Shown: positions 1-9,422 of the stretch, in pieces | Position numbering within the stretch: the stretch's first letter is position 1 | Layout: every line of letters starts with the position of its first letter | Origin: a bacterium | Lineage (GTDB): Bacteria; Muiribacteriota; UBA6191 | Assembly (NCBI GenBank): GCA_036339875.1 | Contig: JAYZAC010000145.1 | Location: forward strand, 1-30,278 | DNA: 30,278 bases | Direction: 5' to 3' | The notes under the pieces: model-generated | The model's input: the letters and a program-made list of their open reading frames with translations, nothing else | The model's database searches: none | What the model was told of the DNA's origin: nothing | Made by a program: the position numbers and the translations under genes

Positions 1-603
1 TTACTGTATCCTGTAGATCGTTTGTTACAAATTTTGTCAGCCTCCGGATTTAATTCTACGCAAAAATTTTTACTAGTTGGTAATACTACGAGTGGCTGGG
101 GAGAAGAGGGAAGATTATACTGGATTTTAAGTCAGTTTTTCGAAGTTGATGTAAAGATACTTGACGGTGGGTTTACAGCCTTGAAGCGTCGGATTGCTGG
201 AAATCATTTTACAGATTCTCAGCGTGTTCAAAGATTAGCTTTGAGACCGAAGATTGTTGCTGGAGATTATTCTATTAGTTTTGCAGAACTTAAGAACTCT
301 ACCTCACCAGTGATAGACGTTAGAGGTGTATTAGAGTTCTCTGGAGCTACTCCATTCGGTTCTAGTTACGGTGGACATATCAAGGGTGCAAAATCTGTAC
401 CATGGGATCAGTTTTTTGATGGAGAAGGCTACCTGAAGGAAAAACCATTATTCATGAAGTCTTTGAGTGGTAAGAATCCTATACTTTATTGTACTGCGGG
501 TTATCGATCAGCAATGGTTTGGGCAGTTCTTAAACATTATGGTATTGATTCAAAGAACTACGATGGAAGTTGGTTCGAGTATAGTAGTCAGAAAGATGAT
601 TAA
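1..603 (+). CDS. Rhodanese-domain sulfurtransferase (SseA/TST-like, two domains), 5'-truncated by the window edge
   Basis: The frame is open from base 1 (LLYPVDRLLQ...). Motifs: VKILDGG, VIDVR, GHIKGA, active-site loop YCTAGYRS and C-terminal NYDGSWFEY, typical of tandem rhodaneses. Confidence 0.9.
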   Translation, partial: LLYPVDRLLQILSASGFNSTQKFLLVGNTTSGWGEEGRLYWILSQFFEVDVKILDGGFTALKRRIAGNHFTDSQRVQRLALRPKIVAGDYSISFAELKNSTSPVIDVRGVLEFSGATPFGSSYGGHIKGAKSVPWDQFFDGEGYLKEKPLFMKSLSGKNPILYCTAGYRSAMVWAVLKHYGIDSKNYDGSWFEYSSQKDD

Positions 604-1159
604 GCCGATTTTTACATTAAAGCTTGATCCGAAACAACTTAGTCGAGGACTTAGGGCTGGTTTAGAACCTCCGGGCTATGATATCGGATTAGAGGTTCAA
701 CATGATCACATTTTTGGTGTCTATCAATTTGAGCATGATAATACAGATTATACTCTTCATTTCAAGATAGAAGAGTTACAACTTCGTCGCGTAAATGTTG
801 AACATTCTGGCGATAATCTTCTCACGATTCTCTTTCAAGAGGTACCTCAAATCACAGCGCGCGGTAGCATATTGCATCAAGTGAGTACGGGAATAGCGAA
901 TATACTCGGTCGATTTGTCACCATGGAATCTGTTTTTCAATTGATTCGTACTTTTATTCCTGGTTTGCTGATAAGAGGAAACGATCTACAATTAGTGCTT
1001 CCACCAAAAATTTACGAAGATTGGCGTGGTTTAATTCTTACATTAACCTTGAGAGCTGGTATGTGGTTTAGAGTAATACCTAACAACGGTAAATTAGACA
1101 TACAAATTTATTGGGGAAGCTCCAATCTTTTAAGAAACTCTGAAAATGAACCATCTTAA
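596..1159 (+). CDS. Hypothetical protein (187 aa), predicted beta-rich
   Basis: Lies within the 467..1159 ORF. The likely start is the ATG at 596 (MIKPIF), overlapping the rhodanese stop (ATGATTAA). No family motif recognised. Confidence 0.6.
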   Translation: MIKPIFTLKLDPKQLSRGLRAGLEPPGYDIGLEVQHDHIFGVYQFEHDNTDYTLHFKIEELQLRRVNVEHSGDNLLTILFQEVPQITARGSILHQVSTGIANILGRFVTMESVFQLIRTFIPGLLIRGNDLQLVLPPKIYEDWRGLILTLTLRAGMWFRVIPNNGKLDIQIYWGSSNLLRNSENEPS

Positions 1160-1169
1160 TCTTAGATAT

Positions 1170-1188
1170 TAATTACAGTTTGTAATTA
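1170..1188. terminator. AT-rich inverted repeat between convergent genes, possible weak bidirectional terminator
   Basis: TAATTACA-GTT-TGTAATTA with perfect 8-bp arms in the 1160-1240 convergent gap. Only one G:C pair, so a weak hairpin. Confidence 0.3.
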
Positions 1189-1240
1189 TTAATTTCAGTT
1201 ACAGCAAATTGGGTTCAATAAAGTCGCTTGTTCATACCAC

Positions 1241-2563
1241 TTAAATATTTAGCGACTCTAATTTAGGTAGTATATGTTTTACAGCTTTTGCACTTATTTT
1301 TGATTCATGGATAATAGCAAGCCTGACACCTTTTGATCTCAATGATAAATTTATTAGTTCCTCTAGTTTTTTAGTGATCGCTTCATGGCTCTTAACATTG
1401 TCTAGAAAATCAGAATTACGTTTTGTGGCCGCAAAACCAGCTTCAGTAGCGGCGCGGTAAGCTTTTGATGATCCTGTTGTTATACTGTCGATAAAATAAA
1501 GTTTTCGATGTTGTGAGACTTCATCCATCACGATTCGCATCAGATCAAGATCACGCGTTGCTTTAGATCCTTGGTGATTATTAAACCCTTGTGCTAATGG
1601 TACAGAATTTAAACTTTTTTTAACCCTAGAGCGAATTTCTTGATCATCTAAATCAGTTTCAATAACGAGTGGTGATCTAAAGTAACGACGGTGATTTGGT
1701 TGCATGGGCATATGTAACATTATTTCAAAACCTTCTTGGTATGCCAGTTCCGATTGCGTCTCGGTTGTATCGTAAAAAGGTAGAAAAGCCATGGTAAGAG
1801 GATGCCCCATATTTCGATAGATTTTAAATCCGCGACTCATGTGACCCATGTCATCAATTACAATACTTATTCTTGCCCTAGGTTGTGGCTTCTCAAAAAT
1901 GAATTGCAGCTCAGTTTCAGTATTAACAACCAATGTGGTAGTCATAATTTGAGATGATTTTCGTGAATTATGAGTCCAAGTAAATGAATAATCTTTGAAT
2001 GATTGACGCTGCAATTTGCGGGCTAAAAATGGGAAATTTACCCAAGCAGGAAGATTAATCTTCCATTCAGATTGACTAATAACTTCTATTTTAGGGTTAT
2101 AACGATAATATCGTAGTCGAGTTTCTATAAATTCTTTAATCTCATCTACCCTTGCTGGTTTGGGCAAAGTTACTAGAGTTTCATAACTAAGCTTTCTTTG
2201 AGAAATAAGAAACTCATCAAGAAGAGTTCGTAATTTTTGCCGTGACTCAGTCTTCGGCTTACTGGCATTATAATTTTTTCCAAATACAAAAGGACTGTTC
2301 TCTTTAGAGTCATCATTGGTATTTAGTTGAAGAAATTCGTCTAGAGGGTCTTGATCGGGTATTTTTTTATTATCGCGATGACCGAAAGATCCAAAGTCAA
2401 TAGTTTGTTTTTTGAGCGCAGTATCTGTCTCTTGATTAATAGGATTATTACTTTTGACGTTTGATTGTGAATATTTAGACTTCTCCCATAGTGGATTGAA
2501 ATCATTAAGCTCTTGAGCAGAGACGCTAGTACACAATAAACTGAGTAAAAAAATCTGTATCAT
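1241..2563 (-). CDS. Divergent polysaccharide deacetylase (YibQ / Polysacc_deac_2 family) with signal peptide and long N-terminal extension
   Basis: Motifs ISIVIDDMG, EIMLHMPMQP, GFNNHQGS, LYFIDSIT, FLDN, LAIIH. N-terminal MIQIFLLSLLCTSVSA signal peptide. Follows envC-ctpA, its usual context. Confidence 0.88.
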   Translation of the reverse strand: MIQIFLLSLLCTSVSAQELNDFNPLWEKSKYSQSNVKSNNPINQETDTALKKQTIDFGSFGHRDNKKIPDQDPLDEFLQLNTNDDSKENSPFVFGKNYNASKPKTESRQKLRTLLDEFLISQRKLSYETLVTLPKPARVDEIKEFIETRLRYYRYNPKIEVISQSEWKINLPAWVNFPFLARKLQRQSFKDYSFTWTHNSRKSSQIMTTTLVVNTETELQFIFEKPQPRARISIVIDDMGHMSRGFKIYRNMGHPLTMAFLPFYDTTETQSELAYQEGFEIMLHMPMQPNHRRYFRSPLVIETDLDDQEIRSRVKKSLNSVPLAQGFNNHQGSKATRDLDLMRIVMDEVSQHRKLYFIDSITTGSSKAYRAATEAGFAATKRNSDFLDNVKSHEAITKKLEELINLSLRSKGVRLAIIHESKISAKAVKHILPKLESLNI

Positions 2564-2577
2564 GAATTAATTCTCTG

Positions 2578-3960
2578 TCAGAGCTCCAAAAAAAGTTTTG
2601 AAGCTTTCAAAGTGTCGACCGCTCTTCGCCATTGAATATCATACTTAGGTATGGTCATATATTTACTAACCTCTTTATCAGAACTTTTCTTAACATCGTC
2701 CGATTTTTTCGGTTCATCTTTAGTTTTTTCGTCGGAACCTGATTTTAAATATTCATCTTGTTTTTCACGAGTTTCTTCATAGTTTTGATTAGCGATTTGC
2801 TCCATCTCATCTCGATATTCTTTCAGCTGGTCTTCAGTTAATTTGGGGAATTCAACCTCTATATCTGGCTTGATACCCTTTTTGTGAATACGATCATCGC
2901 CCGGCGTGTAATAATATGCGGTTGTTAGTGCTAATGCAGACCCATCATGTAAAGGTAGAACGGTTTGGACTGAACCTTTACCAAAGGTTTTTGATCCTAA
3001 TAGCAAAGCACGTCGATTATCTTTTACAGCACCGGCTACAATTTCGCTAGCAGAGGCCGAGCCCCCATCTACTAAAACAACCAGAGGCCATCGACGAGGT
3101 TTAGGTTCTCTGCTTCTAAATACGGTAGGCTCACCTTCTCTCTCTTTTATTGAAACTACGACTTTACTCTGAGCAAGGAAAATTTGAGATACTTCAACTG
3201 CCGCAGTCAGTAACCCTCCAGGATTTCCTCTTAAGTCTAAGACGAATCCTTTTAAGTCATCTTTCTTCTCTAGTTTCTCAATTTCTTTTCTTAAATCAGA
3301 GCCAGATGTCTGGGTAAAACCAGTTAATCGAGCATATCCAATTCCTTTGTCCACATAACCAGCTCGAACAGAAGGTACTTTTATGAGATCTCTAATAATT
3401 GTGTAATCAATTAATTTTTTCTCGCCTTTTCTGGCTACAGAAATCGTTACTTCTGTTTTAGGTTTACCTCGCAATAGTTTTACAGCAGCTTCTACGGACA
3501 TACCTTCTGTGGATTTACCGTTAATTTTAGCTATTTTATCGCCCGCTCTTACTCCAACTCTAAATGCCGGTGTACCTTCCATTGGAGATATTATGGTGAG
3601 AATTTTATCTCGAATACCTAGTAAAATACCTAAGCCGCCAAATTCTCCATCCGTTTCTTCCTGCATAGTCTTGAAGCTAGCAGGTGGCATATATCGACTA
3701 AATGGATCGTCAAGCTTTTTCAGAATACCCTCTATACCACCTTGAATAAGTTTTTCTTTATCTTTCGCGAGTTCTTCCTCTACGAATTTAGCTTGAACTA
3801 ATTTAAGTACGTCAGCTAAGGTTTTAAGCTCACTGAAGTAATTCATTTGGACTCGGGCCGCGTGGATACTTCCAGATTGATTTTCAGGAAAGATCCAGTG
3901 AGCTATAAATGGATAAACTCCTACCATGACAATACCTAGCGTAAAAGCTTTCAATTTCAT
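2578..3960 (-). CDS. ctpA: Carboxyl-terminal processing protease (peptidase S41A with PDZ domain)
   Basis: LDDPFSRY, FGGLGI (PDZ), LDLRGNPGG, catalytic SASASE and FGKGSVQ, GIKPDI; N-terminal membrane anchor. Confidence 0.95.
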   Translation of the reverse strand: MKLKAFTLGIVMVGVYPFIAHWIFPENQSGSIHAARVQMNYFSELKTLADVLKLVQAKFVEEELAKDKEKLIQGGIEGILKKLDDPFSRYMPPASFKTMQEETDGEFGGLGILLGIRDKILTIISPMEGTPAFRVGVRAGDKIAKINGKSTEGMSVEAAVKLLRGKPKTEVTISVARKGEKKLIDYTIIRDLIKVPSVRAGYVDKGIGYARLTGFTQTSGSDLRKEIEKLEKKDDLKGFVLDLRGNPGGLLTAAVEVSQIFLAQSKVVVSIKEREGEPTVFRSREPKPRRWPLVVLVDGGSASASEIVAGAVKDNRRALLLGSKTFGKGSVQTVLPLHDGSALALTTAYYYTPGDDRIHKKGIKPDIEVEFPKLTEDQLKEYRDEMEQIANQNYEETREKQDEYLKSGSDEKTKDEPKKSDDVKKSSDKEVSKYMTIPKYDIQWRRAVDTLKASKLFLEL

Positions 3961-3970
3961 AACGGCTCCT

Positions 3971-5197
3971 TTAAGTCCCTTGCTGGCGTTCCAGCCACTC
4001 TATAGGGTTTTTTGGTTCGAGATCAACTATGACTTGATAATAGAGTCTCGGATTCCCCGCGGGACTTATACTTTTGTGACGATCTTCCGAAATTTTTGCA
4101 ATTTTTTCGCCACGTCTTACATATTGATCGAGTGTCACTTGAATATTACTTAAATTACCATAAAGAGTTACAAATTTACCTTCATGATCCTCATGTGCAA
4201 TCATCACTACCTTACCGTAGGTGGGAGAACTCTCTCCTGCGGGCAAACCTTTGTAAATAACAATTCCATCTTCTGAGGCAAATACGTTTCTTGACTGATT
4301 TGTAGTGATGTCGATTCCTGGTAGAAAGATGGTCGCTGACCCTTCTATCTGGCGACCAAAATTACGTGAAATTTGAAAAGGTTGCCTAAGCGGCCAAGAT
4401 AAACTGTTTTTGGCGATTTTTTTTATATTTTTTTTGATAACCTTGGTAGCCTCCACCTCTTCACTCATCTGCTGGTGAGCGAATTTTAAATTGTCTATTT
4501 GGCGTTTCAAAAATTTCGATGATTTATCCATCTTTTGGGCCCTAGAAACTAATTGCTCTTGCTCGACGGCAATTTTTTCAAGATAATCTCGGTCTGTTTG
4601 GATACGATTAAGTAGAGAATTTTTTTGGTTTATCAATCGTTGACTCAGACGTTCTAATTCTGCTCTTTTAGTCTGAATTTCTTTGAGGTTCTGCCCCATT
4701 TCTTTGTGAAAATTCTTGAGTTCACGGAAATTTCCGCTATCTGCTGCCACGATTCGTTTGTAGAAATTCAATCTGTTTGAAAAATCTTGACTAGTTTTAG
4801 CGTTTAACAATATCTGCAAAAATGGACTATTACGATTTTTGTAAACATGATTTAATCTAGCAAAAAATTTGGCTTGATGTTTACCGAATTTCTTCTTACT
4901 AATTGATGATTTCCTCTCTAAAGCTTTGATATCGCGGATAATCTTTCTAATACGAGATTCAGTCTGTTTCAATTTAACTGATAAGAGTTCAAATTCTTGT
5001 TTCATGTCCTTGATGCGAACACGAACTGAACCTTGCTGAACATCAAGTTCTCCGAGCCGTTTCTCACCATTTTCTATCTTTTGTCGAAGAGTTATGAATT
5101 CATTGGATTGCTTTTTGAGCTTACTTTCCAACTCTGAAAATTCAGTATTAGTTGCTTGCACTAAAGCGAGTGATATTAGGAAAATCCAGTATTTCAT
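3971..5197 (-). CDS. envC: EnvC-like murein hydrolase activator (signal peptide, long coiled coil, degenerate M23/LytM domain)
   Basis: Coiled coil then WPL...PGIDI...YGKVVMIAH...TLYGNL...NPIEWL. The Zn-ligand histidines are missing. ATGA overlap with the ftsX stop. Confidence 0.8.
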   Translation of the reverse strand: MKYWIFLISLALVQATNTEFSELESKLKKQSNEFITLRQKIENGEKRLGELDVQQGSVRVRIKDMKQEFELLSVKLKQTESRIRKIIRDIKALERKSSISKKKFGKHQAKFFARLNHVYKNRNSPFLQILLNAKTSQDFSNRLNFYKRIVAADSGNFRELKNFHKEMGQNLKEIQTKRAELERLSQRLINQKNSLLNRIQTDRDYLEKIAVEQEQLVSRAQKMDKSSKFLKRQIDNLKFAHQQMSEEVEATKVIKKNIKKIAKNSLSWPLRQPFQISRNFGRQIEGSATIFLPGIDITTNQSRNVFASEDGIVIYKGLPAGESSPTYGKVVMIAHEDHEGKFVTLYGNLSNIQVTLDQYVRRGEKIAKISEDRHKSISPAGNPRLYYQVIVDLEPKNPIEWLERQQGT

Positions 5198-6075
5198 ACA
5201 AGAAATCTCCTCAGAGATAGTAAACTTCCTAAAAAACCAAGTGCAATTCCTAAGAAAACTAAACGTAAATAGAGTTGGATCAATTCTGCAGAATAAGTGA
5301 TCAACTCCAAATTCGGGAAAATCATTATCAGACGATCATGCATCAAGCCGTATGCAATCGCGAGTATAGCAGTTGCCATTAAGGCCCCTAAGAGACCCTG
5401 AATTACGCCTTCAATTAAAAATGGGGCTCTTATGAACCAGTTAGAGGCTCCCACTAGGCGCATAATTTCAATTTCTTGACGTCTTGCGAATACTGTCAGT
5501 CGTATCGCATTACCAATGATTATTAAATTAGCCAATCCCAATAACAACAACATAGCTAAACCAGATGAACGTGATAGGCCGATTAATTGCATTAGACTTT
5601 GAACCCAGTCTTGGCCGCTACTAGAACCATCGATTGCTTCAAATTTAGAATACTCTTTACGAAAGGATCGAAAGTCATCGATTGGTTTTAATTGAATTTG
5701 AACTGAATCAGGAAGTGGATTAGTATCCAAACCTTCTAATAAAGCAGAATCCTCTCCTAATTCTCTACCTAAATCTAAAAGGGCCTGTTCACGTGAGATT
5801 ACCTTAAAGTCACGAACTCTTCGATCGTTTTCCAATTTATCCATTAATCTTCTAATTTCAGGCTCCAAAGCAGAATCTTTTAGATAAAAACTAATTTCAA
5901 GCTGGTTTTCTAAATGGTTAACCCAATTGTTTATGTTAGCTTGAAATAATAAAAATCCACCCAAGATTGTCAGTGATATTGCAACCGTTGTGATGGTTGC
6001 CATTGAAAGTACTCCACCATGTCGAAATCCTTTCAGAGCTTCTTGTAAATGATATAAGAGAGTATGTGCTTTCAT
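5194..6075 (-). CDS. ftsX: Cell division permease-like protein FtsX
   Basis: NPLPDS, IIGNAIRLTVFARRQEIEIMRLVGASNWFIRAPFLIEG; four hydrophobic segments; directly downstream of ftsE. Confidence 0.95.
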   Translation of the reverse strand: MKAHTLLYHLQEALKGFRHGGVLSMATITTVAISLTILGGFLLFQANINNWVNHLENQLEISFYLKDSALEPEIRRLMDKLENDRRVRDFKVISREQALLDLGRELGEDSALLEGLDTNPLPDSVQIQLKPIDDFRSFRKEYSKFEAIDGSSSGQDWVQSLMQLIGLSRSSGLAMLLLLGLANLIIIGNAIRLTVFARRQEIEIMRLVGASNWFIRAPFLIEGVIQGLLGALMATAILAIAYGLMHDRLIMIFPNLELITYSAELIQLYLRLVFLGIALGFLGSLLSLRRFLV

Positions 6076-6078
6076 ATT

Positions 6079-6807
6079 TTATGTTGTTATAATTTCCGAT
6101 TCATTGGCTAATGATTCATCGTTAGGTTCAATTTCATAAGTGCCTCTCAGAGCGTCTTTAACTATGCTGCCATTTGATAGATGAAGCACTCTCATTTGCA
6201 ATCTATTGACCAGTTGCGCGTCATGAGTGGCTACCATCACGGTGGTGCCTCTGCTGTTTATTTCTAATAGAACATTCATTATCTCTAATGACAGTTCAGG
6301 ATCTAGATTGCCAGTCGGCTCGTCAGTCAGCAGAATGGCAGGATCGTTTACTAGCGCACGAGCAATGCAGACTCTCTGCTGTTCCCCAGCACTTAATTGT
6401 CCCGGATAATTAGACATTTTATGTGTTAAGCCTAACGTCTCTAAAATTGATCTAGTTCTGTTGCTGATTTCATCAGGTGATGCCTCGACTACGCGTAGTG
6501 CAAATGCAACGTTTTCGGCGACTGTTCTATCTGGTAGTAGTTTGAAATCCTGAAAAACTACTCCTATGCTTCTTCTCAAGAAAGGGATGGCAGTCATCGA
6601 TAATCTTTCGATATTTCGTCCATCAATTAAAATTGAGCCAGAAGTAGGCACTTCATCTCTGAAAATAAGTCGCATAAGGGTAGTTTTACCCGCACCACTG
6701 GGACCAACCAGAAATACGAATTCTCCCTTTTCAATATGCAGGTTGATGTTGTGCAGGGCGTGCGCACCGTTAGGGAATGCCTTTGAAACATCAAACATCT
6801 GTATCAT
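6079..6807 (-). CDS. ftsE: Cell division ATP-binding protein FtsE
   Basis: GPSGAGKTT, LRRSIGVVFQDFKLL, LSAGEQQRV, DEPTGNLDP, VATHD. Strong SD GGAGGTG just upstream on the minus strand. Confidence 0.95.
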   Translation of the reverse strand: MIQMFDVSKAFPNGAHALHNINLHIEKGEFVFLVGPSGAGKTTLMRLIFRDEVPTSGSILIDGRNIERLSMTAIPFLRRSIGVVFQDFKLLPDRTVAENVAFALRVVEASPDEISNRTRSILETLGLTHKMSNYPGQLSAGEQQRVCIARALVNDPAILLTDEPTGNLDPELSLEIMNVLLEINSRGTTVMVATHDAQLVNRLQMRVLHLSNGSIVKDALRGTYEIEPNDESLANESEIITT

Positions 6808-6903
6808 GCCACCTCCGAATGGAAAGCAACAATCTAATGCCCATGGACCCCAAAATCAAGATGAACATACATTTTAAGCTTAAATTTACACAAAAATGTT
6901 TGA

Positions 6904-6917
6904 TTTGATATATCAAA
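6904..6917. promoter_or_regulatory. Perfect 14-bp palindrome in the divergent ftsE/gcvT promoter region, candidate operator
   Basis: TTTGATATATCAAA is its own reverse complement and sits near the middle of the ~220-bp divergent intergenic region. Confidence 0.4.
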
Positions 6918-7025
6918 AATCATTTAAAATTCTGCAGCGTACTCGAACAGGACGTTGACTAAAAGCCCAGTCTGGTGTGTTATGAAGAAGCTACGAATTA
7001 GACTTTGGTTCAGGAAGAAGGTTAT

Positions 7026-8129
7026 ATGGAAAGTCGCAAAACACCTTTGTACGAATTACATGAGAGGCTTGGAGCCAAGATTGTAGACTTTCATGGATGG
7101 TTGATGCCCGTACACTACAGCTCCATTCTGGTAGAACATCAGGCCGTAAGAGAGCATGCTGGTCTGTTTGATGTATCTCATATGGGCGAGTTCGTTGTTA
7201 CCGGTTCTGATGCTGAAGATTATCTGCAATGGATAGTTACAGGCGATATCAAACGTCTTGAGCCTGGGCAGTGCCTCTATTCGCCTATGTGTTATGAAAA
7301 CGGTACGATAGTGGATGATTTACTGGTCTATAAACACAATTCAAGTCATTACATGATAGTAGTAAACGCATCTAATATTGACAAAGACTTCAATTGGATG
7401 AAGTCGCATACAGATGATTTTTCCGTCGAAATTGAGAACCAATCCGATAATTTTGCACTATTAGCTCTACAGGGTCCAGACTCTGAAAGTCACATAAGTT
7501 CGATTTTTAATGCAGATTTCGATGATTTAGGGTATTACCGCTTCAAGAATGTAGATTACCTTGGAGAAAATATACTTGTGTCGCGCACGGGATACACGGG
7601 CGAAGATGGTTTTGAAATCTATCTAAGACCAGAGCTGGCAACTAGTCTTTTTGAAACAATAATCTCATACCAAGATATTGTGCCTGCTGGTTTAGGATGT
7701 AGGGATACACTAAGATTCGAGGCTCGTTTGCCTTTGTATGGAAATGAGTTAAGTGATCAAGTTACGCCTATTGATACCGGATTGAAAAGGTTTGTTGATT
7801 TGGATGGTGATGCGTTCATCGGTCAAGAAATTTTACGTAGTCAGTTGGAAACTGGTGCCGACTACAAAATGTATGGATTGGAAATGGTTGATAAAGGTAT
7901 AGCACGAACAGGCGTAAAAGTGTTTGAGCAAAAAGATGATGATAAGCCTGGTAAACTACGTGGGGAGGTAACCTCCGGTAGTTTCTGTCCATCGCTAAAT
8001 ACCAACTGTGCTTTAGCTCTTCTAAAACCGAAGTCCGGCAAGCCAGGTACGACTGTTCTTGTGGAGATTAGGGGAAAATTTAAGCGAGCCAAGATAGTAA
8101 AAACTCCATTTTACAAGAAAAAAAATTAG
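7026..8129 (+). CDS. gcvT: Glycine cleavage system aminomethyltransferase T
   Basis: KTPLYELH, GWLMPVHY, GLFDVSHMGE, SRTGYTGEDGFEI, GLGCRDTLRFEA, KTPFY. ATG at 7026 after a purine-rich RBS (GGAAGAAGG) is preferred to the TTG at 7005. Confidence 0.97.
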   Translation: MESRKTPLYELHERLGAKIVDFHGWLMPVHYSSILVEHQAVREHAGLFDVSHMGEFVVTGSDAEDYLQWIVTGDIKRLEPGQCLYSPMCYENGTIVDDLLVYKHNSSHYMIVVNASNIDKDFNWMKSHTDDFSVEIENQSDNFALLALQGPDSESHISSIFNADFDDLGYYRFKNVDYLGENILVSRTGYTGEDGFEIYLRPELATSLFETIISYQDIVPAGLGCRDTLRFEARLPLYGNELSDQVTPIDTGLKRFVDLDGDAFIGQEILRSQLETGADYKMYGLEMVDKGIARTGVKVFEQKDDDKPGKLRGEVTSGSFCPSLNTNCALALLKPKSGKPGTTVLVEIRGKFKRAKIVKTPFYKKKN

Positions 8130-8153
8130 TGAAAACTTCCTAGGAGAAGCGCC

Positions 8154-9389
8154 ATGTACAATATGCACGATGAAAATATTTTGAAAATATTAAAGGCTGA
8201 GGAGGAGCGTCAACGGTCAACACTGGAGATGATTGCGTCAGAAAATTTCACTTCAGCTGAGGTAATGATCGTTCAGGGTTCTGTTCTTACCAATAAATAT
8301 GCAGAGGGCTATCCATCGAAAAGATACTATGGTGGCTGTGAATTCGTCGATGAGGCAGAGGAGCTAGCCAAGGAAAGACTTTGTGAGCTTTTCGGTTCAA
8401 AATTTGCAAATGTACAACCTCATTCAGGTTCTGGTGCTAATATGGCGGTTTATCATGCACTACTGGAACCTGGAGATGGAATTTTGGGAATGGACCTATC
8501 TCAAGGAGGGCATTTGACTCATGGTTCACCGGTCAATTTTTCTGGGATTCTTTACAAAGCTCATAGTTTTGGGCTCAATGAAGAGGAAAGAATTGATATG
8601 GAGCAGGTTCGAGAGCTAGCAGTTCAACATAAACCAAAAATGATTATTGCTGGTGCTAGCGCTTACCCCAGAAAAATAGATTTTGCGGCTTTCAAAAGCA
8701 TATGCGAGGAGGTGGGAGCTTATTTATTGGTAGATATGGCTCATATAGCTGGATTAGTAGCAGCCGGCGTTCACCCTAGCCCGGTGGGAATCGCTGATGT
8801 TATTACCTCGACAACTCACAAAACTTTGAGAGGTCCAAGGGGAGGTATTGTTTTAACTGACAGTGAGGATATTATAAAAAAGGTTAATAAACTCGTTTTT
8901 CCAGGCATACAAGGTGGTCCATTGATGCATGTTATCGCGGCAAAGGCCGTCAGTTTCTTAGAAGCGTTAAGGCCAGAATTCAAAACATATCAGAAGCAAA
9001 CTGTCGATAACGCTCGAGCTTTGGTTGGTCGATTAATCGAGCATGATTTTCGTGCCGTTACGGGTGGTACAGATAATCACCTAGGACTGATCGATCTTAC
9101 GTCAAAAGGTGTTTCAGGTAAAAAATTCGAAAGAGCTTTGGAGGAGGCCGGAATTACTGTTAACAAAAATACAGTTCCTAATGAAACACGATCACCATTC
9201 ATAACGAGTGGTATAAGGATTGGTACGCCTGCATTGACGACGAGAGGTATGAAAGAAGCTGATATGATTAAAATCGCTGATTGGATGAATCAAGTTATGG
9301 AGAATCGTAAGTCAGCTGATCAATTAAATAGTATCAAAAGTGAAGTAACCGAATTTGCTCAATCTTTCCCAATGCCATGGGATCAATAG
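8154..9389 (+). CDS. glyA: Serine hydroxymethyltransferase
   Basis: [36 protein letters not shown] lysine motif [33 protein letters not shown]. Confidence 0.98.
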   Translation: MYNMHDENILKILKAEEERQRSTLEMIASENFTSAEVMIVQGSVLTNKYAEGYPSKRYYGGCEFVDEAEELAKERLCELFGSKFANVQPHSGSGANMAVYHALLEPGDGILGMDLSQGGHLTHGSPVNFSGILYKAHSFGLNEEERIDMEQVRELAVQHKPKMIIAGASAYPRKIDFAAFKSICEEVGAYLLVDMAHIAGLVAAGVHPSPVGIADVITSTTHKTLRGPRGGIVLTDSEDIIKKVNKLVFPGIQGGPLMHVIAAKAVSFLEALRPEFKTYQKQTVDNARALVGRLIEHDFRAVTGGTDNHLGLIDLTSKGVSGKKFERALEEAGITVNKNTVPNETRSPFITSGIRIGTPALTTRGMKEADMIKIADWMNQVMENRKSADQLNSIKSEVTEFAQSFPMPWDQ

Positions 9390-9422
9390 ACGCGAAGTAA
9401 CTCTGCATAGTGAGGATCAAAT

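Noticed and set aside
467..595. N-terminal 43 aa of the 467..1159 ORF
   Set aside because: It overlaps the conserved rhodanese catalytic region in another frame; the ATG at 596 is the more plausible start.
1199..1243. Stop-codon recoding as an explanation for the YibQ-like tail
   Set aside because: TAA, TAG and TGA all terminate well-conserved genes in this window (glyA TAG, gcvH TGA, rpoD TAA), so the standard code applies.
6791..6868. 25-aa hydrophobic minus-strand uORF (MFILILGSMGIRLLLSIRRWHDTDV) overlapping the ftsE start
   Set aside because: No RBS seen, and T-rich DNA gives such peptides by chance.
3509..6877. Short plus-strand ORFs at 3509, 3926, 5094, 6227 and 6566
   Set aside because: Antisense shadows of ctpA, envC, ftsX and ftsE with no motifs.
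6900..6917. FNR/CRP-family box
   Set aside because: Half-site spacing is N2 or N7, not the N4 of TTGAT-N4-ATCAA; kept only as a generic palindrome.
6940..7025. Glycine riboswitch upstream of gcvT
   Set aside because: No GGAGA…CCGAAG…CUCUCAGG core is visible, and there is too little space for tandem aptamers.
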